DNA from: Octopus bimaculoides
Taxonomy: Eukaryota
Length of the DNA stretch: 35,868 nucleotides
NCBI RefSeq assembly: GCF_001194135.2
Contig: NC_068990.1
Coordinates: 53,323,743-53,359,610 of the forward strand
Reading direction: 5' to 3'
In this document: positions 22,336 to 34,760 of the stretch, one piece after another
Layout of the letters: the number at the start of each line of letters is the position of its first letter
Numbering within the stretch: position 1 is the stretch's first letter
Made by a program: the position numbers and the translations under genes
Notes under the pieces: model-generated
Told to the model about the DNA's origin: nothing
Database searches by the model: none
Seen by the model: only the letters and a program-made list of their open reading frames with translations

Positions 22336-22949
22336 ACTTTCCAGATATTTTAAATTGAAGGCAAATGCAACAGGTGTGGCGATTAATTATCCACAACAAA
22401 CATGAAGTAAAAGTACTCCCCCCCCACACACACTGATGCACACATGTTGGTATCTGAGGTAGCCAGTTGGATTCAAAAGCTGGTGGGTTGATTGGCGGTG
22501 GTGATGTTGGTTGCATTAGTTTAGATGTTAGTGATGGTGGGTTGGTATTGTTGGTGGTGCAGTGTTCGTATTGTTCTTGCTAATTGTATTGTTGTGGCTG
22601 TTTAGTCTGAAGTCAATCCACGTAGACTTAAGATTAAAGAAATCTCATTTAACTTTTAAAATACACTAGGATATCATATTATGTTTTTATTTGAAATGCA
22701 TTTGCTTACCGTCAAACAATATATCACTGTTGCTGTTTGTGTTTGTGCTTGTGTTGATTATTGAAACACACATGCACTCGAAGAAGACTCAGCAGTCCCC
22801 ACCAAAAACAAACAAAAAAAACAGCAAAGAAAGAAAACAAAGGCTATGCATGGGTATGTGTTCTGAAAACTTGAAGAAAACAGTAATATCGACATGAAAC
22901 AGCATCTCTTGGACTCTTGACCGCTGCATCACATCACACTTCTAAGGCT

Positions 22950-23575
22950 ATGTATTTGCAATCCAAGAGCAGAAGATTGTTACGAAATACCAAATAAACA
23001 AAAGGGACAGGGAAGCCTTTGGAGCTTCAGGATGCGACCGAAAATGTAGATTGTCATATTTCTGTGGTTAGCAGCCACCCCAAAATGTCATCAAGGTATT
23101 ACCTCCCTATGCGACATGACGTTGTCGCAGAAAAAAAACATACAATGCCATTCGGGTGCGGGGGACTGTCCTGAAATAAATGCAGAGCACCCTCCTGTTA
23201 TTGAATGCACACACAAGCATCAATACAAGGAATACTGGTGGAACATTCTCATCAAAACATCTGTCAAGTGTAAACATAACGGGCCGGATATTGTTGTTTG
23301 GGACACAGACAATAAAGTATGTATTGTCATAGAGGTCAGCTGGCTTGCTGATGTGAATATCTCTTTGAAAAGGATAACTATGGACAACTACTTCAAAACC
23401 TCCTGTTTCTATATCCAGATTATGATAATAATTGGTGCACATAGTTTTGTGAGTAAATGCCTATGACTCGGGCACCTTCTTCACCTCTTACCTCTCACGC
23501 CTCCCCTAATAATCAGGTAAAGCATACGACAAATCTAGTTGCTTGATGCTTGTTAGAGCGAATTTTCAGGCCAGA
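22950..23575 (+). mobile_element. RLE-type non-LTR retrotransposon 3' fragment with 3' UTR
   Basis: FAIQEQKIVTKY.INKRDR..CDRKCRL, PKMSSRYYLPMRHDVVA, EYWWNILIKTSVKCKHNGPDIVVWD..CIVIEVS..D.NI, IIIGA, stop at 23466. Confidence 0.88.
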
Positions 23576-23769
23576 GTTTACAGAAAAAGAAATCAATCAA
23601 CTCGCATATTACAAATACAATCTGTGAATGTAACAGTAAAAATATGCAAGAATTTTCTCAAGTTTAAAATGTCACATTGTTTTTGTTATCTACATTCCAA
23701 CGATGGAACTTTGTATCTTTGTTACAAACCAGCTCCTTCTTCAGAAGAATTTAAATAAAAATACAAGAG

Positions 23770-23960
23770 CACATACAGTTATACATACATAAATACATAA
23801 ATATATACATGCACACGCATTCATATACACACACACGCACGCACACACGCGCGTGCGCACGCACACATACGCGCACGCACGCGCGCGCACACAAATACAT
23901 ATTATGTACATGAAATATGCATGTGTGCATGTATGTGCATGTATATGTGTGCCTGTCTTT
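23770..23960. repeat. (CA)/(CG)/(TG)-rich compound simple repeat
   Basis: Direct reading. Confidence 0.9.
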
Positions 23961-24682
23961 GTGTGTCGTATTGATAGTTTTTCAAACCGCTATCTATATA
24001 CTTTGATCTTAACCTATTCGCAAATGGCCATTGATCTAACAAAAAAATGTAGTTTTAAATTGTAAACAGACCGTATCCTGAAATTAATGGTCATACTTTA
24101 CAATTTCCGTCAGCGCGAAATCTCAGAACCTGAGATAACCGTAATGCGGAGATGATTGTACTTTTATATAAACATTTATATACACATACAACAAATATGG
24201 ATTTATGTCCAGGGAATTGACATACAGAAAATATACAAAAGCCAATTTAAGAATGTATTTTCCCCCAAAAACCAATGTGAGAATTTCTCTTATGACAATT
24301 ACCGCAGTAAAGTTTGTTTTAACAGAACATCTACATTTAAGTGGGGATAAATATTACCTCACGGTATTAATAGTGCCTTTGTCGTTAATGAATTTTTATT
24401 TTAATGTATGTAAATATATTTATTTTCCATGGTGACATACCGGTTAATACTCTCACACACACATGCATACGGCCCATACCTTGTGAACGAAACTGAGTAG
24501 TCGGAAACTGTACTGAAGCCTGTTGTGTGGGTTGTACCAGTAATTTAAATGTTTCAGCCTTGTTATATACTGTGTCACTCTGATTCTGTGCCCATTGAAT
24601 ACTCAACCACACACGCCTTAATTCACAGTCAGGTAATTCAGTTGACTGAATCCTCATTGTCAAACAAAAGAGATCCAGATAT

Positions 24683-24830
24683 ATAGCTTGGTAGTAGGAT
24701 ACTGGATTCATGATCATAAGATCGTAGGTTCAATTCCCGAATTGAGTGGTACGTGGTGTTGTGTCCTTGTGCACGGCATTTCATTTCATCTTACTTCAAT
24801 CTACTTAGGTGAAAACAAGTACCAGCCTAG
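24683..24830 (+). mobile_element. degenerate tRNA-derived SINE 5' part (CORE-like, family 2 related)
   Basis: B-box-like GGTTCAATTCC then GTGTCCTTG..TTTCA..TT.C.TCA.TC.AC, similar to the reverse complement of 25270-25330. Confidence 0.6.
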
Positions 24831-25025
24831 TATTGTTGCAGCTCTTTCCCCCTCCACCTCTCACACTGTTAATGTCTTGCTGTGTCAAGAGTAGCGAAGG
24901 GAGAGGAAATGCCTGTCTCCTTACTCTACATGACAAGCATGATATTGTGCCTCTGTATAAGATACTAAATTCTAATTGCTCACCACACCAAGGTAGTCAT
25001 TATTACTGAAATGTATCGGTCGTTT

Positions 25026-25063
<38 letters not shown>

Positions 25064-25085
25064 GCTGCTGCTGCTACTACTATTT

Positions 25086-25389
25086 ACTGGCACTCCGTCG
25101 GTTACGATGATGAGGGTTGCAGTCGATCCAATCAACGAAACAGCATGCATGTGGGATTAACGTGCAAGTGGCTGAGTACTCTACAGACACGCGTACCTTA
25201 AACGTAGTTCTCAAGGAGACAACATGACACAGAATGTGACAAGGCTGGTCCTTTGAATTACGAGTACAACTGATTGGACTGAAGCAACGTGAAATAAAGT
25301 TTCTTTCTCAAGGACACGACGCGCCGCTGGATATCGAACTCACTACTTTACGATTGCGAGCCAAATATCTTAACCACTTAGCCACACAC
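25086..25389 (-). mobile_element. tRNA-derived SINE, family 2 (CORE-like), near full length, between (CTA)n tracts
   Basis: A-box TGGCTAAGTGG, B-box GAGTTCGATATCC, CORE-like GTGTCCTTGAG.AA..ACTTTATTTCACGTTGCTTCAGTCCA; (CTA)n at ~25026-25082 and ~25396-25416. Confidence 0.85.
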
Positions 25390-25536
25390 CTTTACACTAC
25401 TACTACTACTACTACTGAAATCAGTTTAACGTTACCGTAATTATCACAGTTACTATGGTTACAAAAACCATCAGTTTGTTTCTTCCCCACTTCATCTCAC
25501 TGTGTACCCCACCTCCAAACACACATGCCGTACGAC

Positions 25537-25649
25537 ATGACTCGGGCACCCTCTTCACCTCTTACCTCTCACGCCTCCCCTAATAATCAGGTAAAGCATA
25601 CGACAAATCTAGTTGCTTGCTGCTTGTTAGAGCGAATTTTCAGGCCAGA
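25537..25649 (+). repeat. isolated copy of the RLE-LINE 3' UTR at 23463-23575
   Basis: 113 bp, 2 mismatches to 23463-23575. Confidence 0.92.
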
Positions 25650-25907
25650 TTGTTGTGGCAGTTAAGAAGTTTTACTGAGATGAAGTCAGAAGATCAGTCT
25701 CGCGAGATTAATTAGGCTCGCAACAGAGCAGAAAGATGAACATTATTTCGATGTAATTCTACTCTTTACTCAACAATTTTTTCAACTGTTTATATAAGTT
25801 GTTAAACGCTGAACAGTTGAAATGCTGTCGCCTGCTTAATGTTTCGGGATATAAATCGATATAGCAGAGTTTTACAAATAATAATAATGATGATGATGAT
25901 GATGATA

Positions 25908-25939
<32 letters not shown>

Positions 25940-25942
25940 AAT

Positions 25943-26513
25943 AAATGTCCTGATGCAGTACCAAACTGACTTTCATGGCTTCTTATCATAACTGATTGGA
26001 AGTGTTATCTTGTACATTTTTTGTCTTGTTATAAAAGATGGGCTACAGCAAATATTCTGCTCAGTACCACAGATTTGCTTGTCAGTTGTTTGATCTTAAC
26101 CAGTTGAGCATGTCTCTTAGAGGCTGACAATATGTGCGTCTCTGATCATGAGCATCATTGCCAGTGAGGGAAGCATCATAACCATGTATTGAGAGGAATT
26201 CTTTGGGGTTTGGATAATTCATCTCTGGAAACATGGGTGTTTCATTCAACATCTTTAAAGAAGCCTTATTCAAGAACCATTTGAGCGGGGTGGGCTATTT
26301 GACCTGAAGAAAATTCTAACTGGGCCCCACCTGCAAGGTCATGCGCTGTTAATCTTGATATAAGATCGTCATGTTGCGCTATATGGTTGTGATGCATGTG
26401 TCTGATGTACCCTTATCGGACGGGTAGTCATGATGAGTATATTGGGGTGCGTATATATTACCCCAGTGTCACTTTGATGGCATCCACTGCTCTTTCACTC
26501 AATAATGATGATG

Positions 26514-26577
<64 letters not shown>
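25943..26577 (+). mobile_element. ~570-bp interspersed repeat with (AAT)n tail (retroposon 3' region)
   Basis: Non-coding segment between a (GAT)n tract and a long (AAT)n tract; resembles a high-copy octopus repeat (from memory only). Confidence 0.5.
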
Positions 26578-26579
<2 letters not shown>

Positions 26580-27650
26580 CATGGATCCTCGAAACACTAG
26601 CCATGAGCAAGGTAGCACCAATAATGAGAAAATAAATAAGACACTCTATGAGTAAATGGCAGACAGTGCTAGAGCTCCAAACAAAAGAGGAACTCGTAAA
26701 AATCAAAGCCATTCCCATAAGGAGAGGAATATTCCAGGGAGACACGAGTTAGATCAATACTGAAAACAGAGCTCAATGCTAAAAACAAGATAATAGATAT
26801 CAACACTCTAGCCCGTCCCAGTTATAAGTTACAGCTACAATATCCTTAACTGGACACTAAATGAACTAACCAAAATAGAGAGGAAAATAAGAAAATTAAT
26901 GACAGGATCTAGAATGCACCACCCAAAATTCTGACATAGAAAGGCTAAATATACAAAGTATAGAAGGTGATAGAGGCCTTATACAGCTGGAAAACTATTA
27001 CAAAATAACCACCATAGGACTGCAAAAATACCTACTTCAGAAGCAAGGAAAACTAATATAAATAGCCACGAAGCTCAAGCAAAACAAAAAACTGTTTTGA
27101 GTATTTAAGGAAGCTGATAAATACAAACAAGAAGTCATACTGCCTAACAAATAAGAATAATAATAATAAGAAGAAACAATACTATGGAATATGCAAATAC
27201 ACACAGAGAAATTAAGACCAATAGATCAGATATAGTTGTCAGAGATCATGAAGAAAAAATGCTTTCTAATCGATGTATCACTACCAGCAGATGACAACGT
27301 TTCTCTAAAAGAAATGGAGAAACTTAGAAAATACAAAGACCTGGAAATAGAGGTAACTCGAATGTGAAGTCTAAAAATAGAAAGAATTGCTATCATAGTG
27401 GGCTCATTAGGTATGATAAAAAAAAACATCCAGACAAATACATAACAAAAGCACCAGGACTAAGAAATATATGCAACATACAGAAAATAGCACTACTAGG
27501 CACCGCACACAACCTACGTAAAACACTTTCAATACAGTAACTATAAGAGCATCACAATAAACTACAGCACATATTCAAGGCACACAGAGCTGCGCCCGGT
27601 AGTGCAGTGAAGGCACGTTATAAAAATAAGACTACTGAATAATAATATTA
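26578..27650 (+). mobile_element. R4/Dong-like RLE LINE copy A, internally deleted
   Basis: HTWILETL..IPIRRGIFQGD | RVRSILKTELNAKNK..INTLA..HHPK..IERL..RGLIQLE; RLE region KKCFLIDVSLPADDNVSLKEMEKLRKYKDLEIE; ends LRKTLSIQ*, UTR, AATAAT. Confidence 0.9.
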
Positions 27651-27668
27651 AGAATGATGATGATGATT

Positions 27669-27826
27669 TAAAATCTTGGCACAAGGCCAACAATTCCGGG
27701 TGTAGAGGAGAAGTCGATTACACCGACTCCAGTGTTTAACTGGTACTTAATTTAACGAACCCAAAAGGAAGAAAGGCAAAGTCGAGCTCAGCGGAATTTG
27801 AACTCAGAACGTTAAGACAGACAAAA
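27669..27826 (-). mobile_element. SINE family 1, 5'-truncated copy
   Basis: ACTGGTACTTAATTT..AAAGGCAAAGTCGA.CTC.GCGGAATTTGAACTCAGAA shared with 49-251 and 10592-10824. Confidence 0.85.
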
Positions 27827-28810
27827 TACACAATGTAAAGGCCCCTTGGATTGATAGAATATCTACAGATTTAGACTCCTTAGAAGAGCAAAAGTGGGAG
27901 GGTATCAAGGTAGAGGATGCAAGATCTGCTCTCAGGAGGTCAAGCGAATAGAAGTCTCCAGGAAAGGATAAAATTCCTAACTTCTGGTTGGATCCTTCCC
28001 AGAGAGTCATGAACTGCTAACAAGACTTTACGACAATGTTATGCAGCAACCTAGTATGATTCCCTTTTGGTTAGTTAATGGGGTAACATTCCTACTTCCA
28101 AAAAATGAAGAAACAAATGAACCAAAAAATTATAGACCTATAACCTGCTTAGCAACAATGTATAAAATGCTAACATCTGTCTTGACTGAATATACAAATA
28201 GTTTTTTAACAGAAAGTGACATCTTCCCTAATGAGCAAAAAGGATGTAAACGTGGGTCCTATGGTTGTAAAGATCAGTTACTCATCAATAAGATGATCTT
28301 GGAAGATTGTCACAAACAACACAAAAACTTATCGATAGCCTGGATAGACTATAAAAACACTTTTGATAGTCTACCACATATCTGGATTAAGAAATGTCTG
28401 GAAATGTATAAAATAGCATCTATTCTGCGAAACTTCTTGTCTGTAAGTATGAGATCATGGAGAACCTCACCGACTTTGAACAGTGACAATGAATCTGGAG
28501 ATGTAAGAATTTCATGTGGCATCTTCAAGAGTGACTCTCTATCACCACACCTCTTTTGTCTAGCCTTAATACCCCTCTCGAAATTGCTCAGTGATATACG
28601 ATACTGTTATAAAATGTCTAATAAAAATATAAATCATCTGATTTACATGGATGATTTAAAGCTCTTTGCAAAAAATGACCAACAACTATAGGGCTTACTA
28701 GCCATTGTTAAACAATTCAGTGATGACATCAGGATGCAGTTTTGCCTCGATAAATGTGCAAAAGCTACCTTTATCAAAGGAAAAATGACAAGAACATCCA
28801 ATGTTATCAG
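27827..28810 (+). mobile_element. R4/Dong-like LINE copy B, RT domain
   Basis: KSPGKDKIPNFW, NYRPITCL..MYKMLT, EQKGCKRGSYGCKDQLLI, AWIDYK.TFDSLPH, GIFKSDSLSP, NHLIYMDDLKLFAK. Confidence 0.93.
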
Positions 28811-30650
28811 TAGGATAACTTACTGAACTATGCAGGAGGGGTAGTCGTTACTAGAAGATTAGATATTCCACAAGGAAAGGTTAAAAAAGAGCAAATGTGG
28901 AAAAGGAGATTACAAATTAAAATGAAGACTTTAAGACAAGATCTGAGTAGAATAGAAGCCTGGAAGCTGGACAAGTTAGGAAACACAAGATTCAAATCTT
29001 CTCTTGCGAAAAGGTACTTAGTCAAAGAGAAAGGATTTGGGACAGTAATAGAAGAATTGAAACAGCGTATCATAGCAGTAGCAGGTAAGTTTTTCAGATA
29101 TCAGAAAAGAATAAATAAATATCAAGAGAATAGATTGTTTGAGACAGACCAGAGGAGATTATATAACCAAATAAATAGTGGAGAATGAAGTAATGAAGAT
29201 GAGAAACCTAATACAGAAGAAGCTAGAAAGTTCTGGAGTATTATTTGGGATAAGCCAGTCAATCATAATGGCGATGCAGTATGGTTAAAGAAAGTGAACG
29301 AAGAATTAGTGAATGAGAAACAGCCATATCTATGACTAACTAGTGCATTAATGAGTAACGTGTTAGGAAAAATGCCGAATTAGAAGGGCCCAGGACCAGA
29401 TTTACTTCAAAAGTACTGGCTAAAGAAATTTAGCAGTTTACATGAGTGGCTGAGGGAACACCTTCAGGATTGTCTTAATGGAGGAGTAATACCAGATTGG
29501 ATGACTAGAGGCAGAACAATACTCTTCATGAAAGGTAAAAGCAGGGGGAATACAGTCAGCAATCACTTGCTTACCATTAGTGTGGAAGCTGTTAACAGGA
29601 ATGCTTTCAGAAAGCATTTACGAACCCTTGACAACCAGAATTTACTGCCTGAAAGGTCGCAAGATGAGGGATAGAGGAATGCATGATCTATTATGCATAG
29701 ACAAAGAAGTTCTAAATGAAGTTAAAGCTAGAAAGAAAAATCTAACAATAGCATGGGTAGATTATAAGAAAGCCTATGACATGATCCCACACTCATGGAT
29801 AAGCTAATGTTTGAGTATATTCAGTATAGCAGACAACATAAGAGAATTAATTAGCTTTAGCATGAAGAAATGGAAAGTAGATCTCTACTCAGGTGACACA
29901 GTCTTAGGGAAGTTAATATCAAGAGAGGAATTTTCCAAAGGGTCTCGTTATCCTCTTTAATAATTGTCATATGTTTGTTCTCTCTCAGTTTAGTATTAAG
30001 GAAGGCAAAGGCAGGATGTCGGTTCAGAAATAATAATGGAAAAATTAACCATTTGCTCTACATGGATGATCTGAAGCTTCATAGTAAGAATGAAAAAGAA
30101 ATAGATTCCTTAATACAAACTGTAAGACTCTTCAGTAAGGATATAGGCATAGAATTTGGCATAGATAAGTGTGCAATATTAGTCATGAGAAGGGGACAGG
30201 TAGTCAACAGTGAAGGCATCTAATTACCACATGGCCAGACATTAAAATCACTGAAAAGAGGAGAGAGTTATAAGTATCTAGGAGTATTAGAATCTGACAG
30301 AGTACTAACTATAGAAATGAAAGCGAAAATTGAGAAGTACATCAGAAGTGTGAGTAAGCTAATGAAGTCAAAGCTAAATGATCCGAATCTTGTGAAGGTT
30401 GTAAATACTTGGGCAATGTCATTACTTAGATACTCAGCAACTTTTGTAGGTTGGACAAAAACTGGATTAGCAAATCTTGACAGAAGAACTATTCCTGTTA
30501 TCGTAGGTGCGCTAGGTATGATAAAAGAGGGATGTCAGAAACATCTAGATAAGATCCCAGGAGAACCATGTCTCAGAGAAATCCAAAAGATTGTACTGAC
30601 AAGTACTGACCATATCCTTAGAAAAACCTTATACATTTAAGTGTCTGTTT
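28811..30650 (+). mobile_element. R4/Dong-like LINE copy C, pre-RT to C-terminus with internal deletions
   Basis: EELKQRI.A..RY.KR..Y.ENRLFETDQRRLY, KGPGPD..YWLK, AWVDYKKAYDMIPHSWI, NHLLYMDDLKL, YKYLGV, IPVIVGALG, HILRKTL*. Confidence 0.93.
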
Positions 30651-31260
30651 AATATGGACGACCTGAAGAGCTAGTAGGGCTGTTAACAACTGTTAAAGAT
30701 TTCAGCAACGAAATTGGGATGGATTTTGGCCTTGATAAGAGTGCTAAAGCGCAACTTTTGTAAAAAGCAAGCTCACTACCGACACTACCATCAAGGAGCT
30801 TGACTCACAAGAAAGCTATAAATACCTGGGGATAAACGAAGGAGATGGTATACAACATGCTACTATGAAGGAAAAAATAAGAAAGGAGTATTACAAGAGA
30901 GTAAGACTGATACTAAAACTTGAACTCAACTCCAAAAATCGCACCGAAGCCTGGCACTTCCGGTAGTCCAGTACAGTTTTAACATCAGTAACTGGAATCT
31001 TACAGAGCTCCAGCGCCTGGATAGGAAGACAAGTAAACTACTAACATCTAAGAACCTGCACCACACAAAAGTAGACGTTGATCGTCTGTACCTACCTAGA
31101 AGTAATGGGGGAGGGGAGAGAGGCATGATGCAGGTAGAACTGTGCTATAAGACATCTACAATAGCAATGAACAAGTACTTATCTAGTACAGAGGACTGGA
31201 TGCTGCGGCTTGTGTGCAAACACGAAAGCAGCAAAGCGCTCTACCAACATACTCAGGAAG
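30651..31260 (+). mobile_element. R4/Dong-like LINE copy D, RT end and thumb
   Basis: MDDLK, DFGLDKSAK, SYKYLGINEGDGIQH..MKEKIRKEYYKRVRLILK.ELNSKN, LDRKT.KLLT..LHH.K.DVDRLYLPRS.GG.RG. Confidence 0.9.
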
Positions 31261-33289
31261 AATACGGATGCTCGATTAATAGCATAGCATAAAGGTTAAA
31301 GTATTATCGGCGCAAAGAACTGACACGATACTTAGACAGATCACAGAGGCTACATACATAGTAGTAGACAGATCGAGCCTCAATAGAAAACACGAATGGA
31401 ACAGTAACACCCATCACCACACCATACCACATAACACCACATGACTAAAGACAGAAGGGAAGAGAAGAGAGGGGAAAAATCGTAAATAATACACAGACAC
31501 ATACAGGGTAATATACACACAATAGACATATATGCACTTACCGGTGATACATATAAGAAATAGAGATAGATATATAAAAATGAAATAATAGTAATAATGA
31601 ATAAATATATAAATAGAAAAATAAATGAATGAATAAATATATTTGTCACATACCTGTGATAAATATAAAAAACAGAGATAGATAAAATATAAATAATAAA
31701 TAAACAAATCCATATAAAGGGCATATATACAAATAACATACTAAGTGCACCCATACACACACACACACACACAAGAAATTTCACTGACGGCCACAACAAT
31801 GTCAACAACACGAATAACAACGACAGCAGCAGCGGCGGTGACAACGATAGTAATAACGACAACTAGCACGATGGCAGCACCGTGGGCGAACCCAGAGAGA
31901 TGCAGGAACTGTACCAGACTTAGGACAGCAGCAGCACAATGGGGTGAGAGGATGGGGCTGAAGAGAAAGCCATACTGCTGCTAAGAACAGTGACACACAC
32001 ACAAGCATATACACACACACACACACATGCACNNNNNNNNNNNNNNNNNNNNNNNNNNNNNNNNNNNNNNNNNNNNNNNNNNNNNNNNNNNNNNNNNNNN
32101 NNNNNNNNNNNNNNNNNNNNNNNNNNNNNNNNNNNNNNNNNNNNNNNNNNNNNNNNNNNNNNNNNNNNNNNNNNNNNNNNNNNNNNNNNNNNNNNNNNNN
32201 NNNNNNNNNNNNNNNNNNNNNNNNNNNNNNNNNNNNNNNNNNNNNNNNNNNNNNNNNNNNNNNNNNNNNNNNNNNNNNNNNNNNNNNNNNNNNNNNNNNN
32301 NNNNNNNNNNNNNNNNNNNNNNNNNNNNNNNNNNNNNNNNNNNNNNNNNNNNNNNNNNNNNNNNNNNNNNNNNNNNNNNNNNNNNNNNNNNNNNNNNNNN
32401 NNNNNNNNNNNNNNNNNNNNNNNNNNNNNNNNNNNNNNNNNNNNNNNNNNNNNNNNNNNNNNNNNNNNNNNNNNNNNNNNNNNNNNNNNNNNNNNNNNNN
32501 NNNNNNNNNNNNNNNNNNNNNNNNNNNNNNNNNNNNNNNNNNNNNNNNNNNNNNNNNNNNNNNNNNNNNNNNNNNNNNNNNNNNNNNNNNNNNNNNNNNN
32601 NNNNNNNNNNNNNNNNNNNNNNNNNNNNNNNNNNNNNNNNNNNNNNNNNNNNNNNNNNNNNNNNNNNNNNNNNNNNNNNNNNNNNNNNNNNNNNNNNNNN
32701 NNNNNNNNNNNNNNNNNNNNNNNNNNNNNNNNNNNNNNNNNNNNNNNNNNNNNNNNNNNNNNNNNNNNNNNNNNNNNNNNNNNNNNNNNTATATATATGT
32801 AATGATATATAAATGTAGGATCCAAGTATCCAGGTGTAGGAAGTTAGTAAGTCTTGAGCCGTCCGTAGAAAGTATAAAAACAACTTTCAGGAGCAATAGA
32901 GTTTTTGGAATTTGTTAGAAGAGAGGGAGATGGGAAGTAACGTTTGTGGTCAATAGGGGAACATTGTAGTTCTAGGTAAATTGGTAGTTTGTCACTTAAC
33001 AGTAAAACTATGCTTACACATATTAACGCGCACGTTCGTATTTTCTCTGCGCATCTAGTATCTTGTATGTGTGCATGCTGGAGTAGGCGCCTGCATATGC
33101 TTATGTGCAGAAGGAAGGTGTAAGGAAATCAAGAGGTTCAAAGAAAATATAAAATATTTAAAAATATATAAAGGTAGTTAAAGTTGTCTGTTATAAATAC
33201 ATAGAAGTGGGAGGTGGAGGAATAGTTCGGGAATAACAGGGGTTGGGATCACTATTATTTGTACTTTTAGAATATGTTACATAATCGGT

Positions 33290-33590
33290 GTTTACAATTA
33301 AAAATTAGATGGTTTCGTTCATTCAGATAATTGGTGGATTGCACAATAGAAAAGACTTCGGCGATGCTTAGATCGCATTTGTTGTTATAACCGTTATATG
33401 GTTTGGCATGGGTAACTATGGTCTATTTAAAATTATATAGAATTCAGTTTTGTTTTAGATTATGAATTAGCCGAGATAAAGAAGTGCTGTTAATTCTTGT
33501 TTGGGACTTGAAGCTAGAATAGCTGATACCGTGCATTTGTATACAATATTTTTTGTGAGGTATCTATTATCTAAAGGACAGGAGGTAAGG
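33290..33590 (-). mobile_element. second Penelope-like GIY-YIG endonuclease fragment, internally deleted
   Basis: SCPLDNRYLTKNIVYKCTVS, then LSRLIHNLK..FK*TIVTHAKPYNGYNNKCDLSIAE..YLNERN.LIFNCKHR. Confidence 0.78.
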
Positions 33591-33710
33591 TATCAACAGT
33601 TGCATAGGATTCTAGGTGTTAAAGAGGATTTTAGCGTAGTAACAAACCTAATAGGCACTCCTTCCACTCTGTGATCCTGGATCCCAAATCCGCTGCTGCC
33701 CAACGAAATC

Positions 33711-33769
33711 CACACCAAGTCAAACATCCTACGGGTAACACACCAAGTCAAACATCCTATGGGTAACAC
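33711..33769. repeat. 28-bp tandem duplication
   Basis: CACACCAAGTCAAACATCCTA(C/T)GGGTAA x2. Confidence 0.95.
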
Positions 33770-33774
33770 TAGCA

Positions 33775-34760
33775 TGCTTCAATGTCGACATTGCTATCTG
33801 TAGCGAGGTTAGACTAGCCGATGAGGGACAGTTGAAGTAACGTGGCGATGGACATAGCTTCTTTTGGAAAGGAAAACCACTAGACGAGTGATGTATATAG
33901 GGATCTGGGTGACGTGCTACATGATCGACCTATTGCGTCAGTGAAAGAGTGTCTCACTGTATTTAAAACTTGCTAGCACTTACAGATACATGAAGTCATC
34001 AGCGCACATGCACCCGTACTTGCTGAAGATACGGAAGTTAAAGAGGAATTGCATCTTAACAGTGCCAGGAATGGAGAATTTTCAATCTGTTGTATTTCAG
34101 AAACTGGCTGATATGCAGAACATAATGTTTTTTTTTTGTTTCAGGGTGGCTAAAGCAATCTATGGTTCTTCTACAATATTCTAACATCTAAAGATGTACA
34201 AAACTTAAAAAAAGGAAATTTGAAAATATTTAATCGAGTGTGTGCAACCAATGAAAGGTCTCTGAGCAACGTGACTTAGAAGAAACCAACGATGAACAGC
34301 TTCTTTGGTTTTCATCACGTGACTTTGAAGAAACCAAATTAGCAATTCGTTCTCAACACTCCCCCTCTCAAAAAGCACCCCCGGAGTAGTCTAGCAGTAT
34401 ATTCAAAAAGAAAGACCAATCATATGGCAGCTATTGAAAAATTTCGTAAACTCCTGGAAAAATTTGGTTGGATCCATGCTCAAGCGGCTCATCTCGCAAT
34501 TGGAGTCTCATCTACATGAAGCTCAGTCTGGTTTTTAACTTTCTAAAGATCATGATTTGAGGGAACAACCAAAGTTATGATATATAAGGCAATTGTACCG
34601 ACTATCTAATACAATCCTGAAACGTGGACTAATTGAAGGGGTTGTGCCCATAAGCTAGGAATATACCACAAGAGGTATCTAAGGAATATCGTGCATGTCC
34701 AGTGTCAGAAGATGAATGACAGACAGAGAAAGGTGAGCATGTTCAAGTAAATCAATATCT
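33775..34760 (+). mobile_element. RTE-clade LINE, highly degenerate with deletions
   Basis: APE motifs FNVDIAICSEVRLADEGQL..GHSFFWKGKP, VISAHAPVLAEDTEVKEE; RT KNLVGSMLKRLI..LHEAQSGF; thumb YNPETWT..LGIYHKRYLRNI. Confidence 0.8.

Noticed and set aside
24108-24150. GAAA-ATCTCAG/CTGAGAT-A hairpin resembling hammerhead stem III
   Set aside because: No CUGANGA core upstream.
31780-32030. Low-complexity N/S/D-rich reading frame
   Set aside because: Stops in frame and no motif; probably decayed simple repeats or a LINE ORF1 remnant, not assignable.
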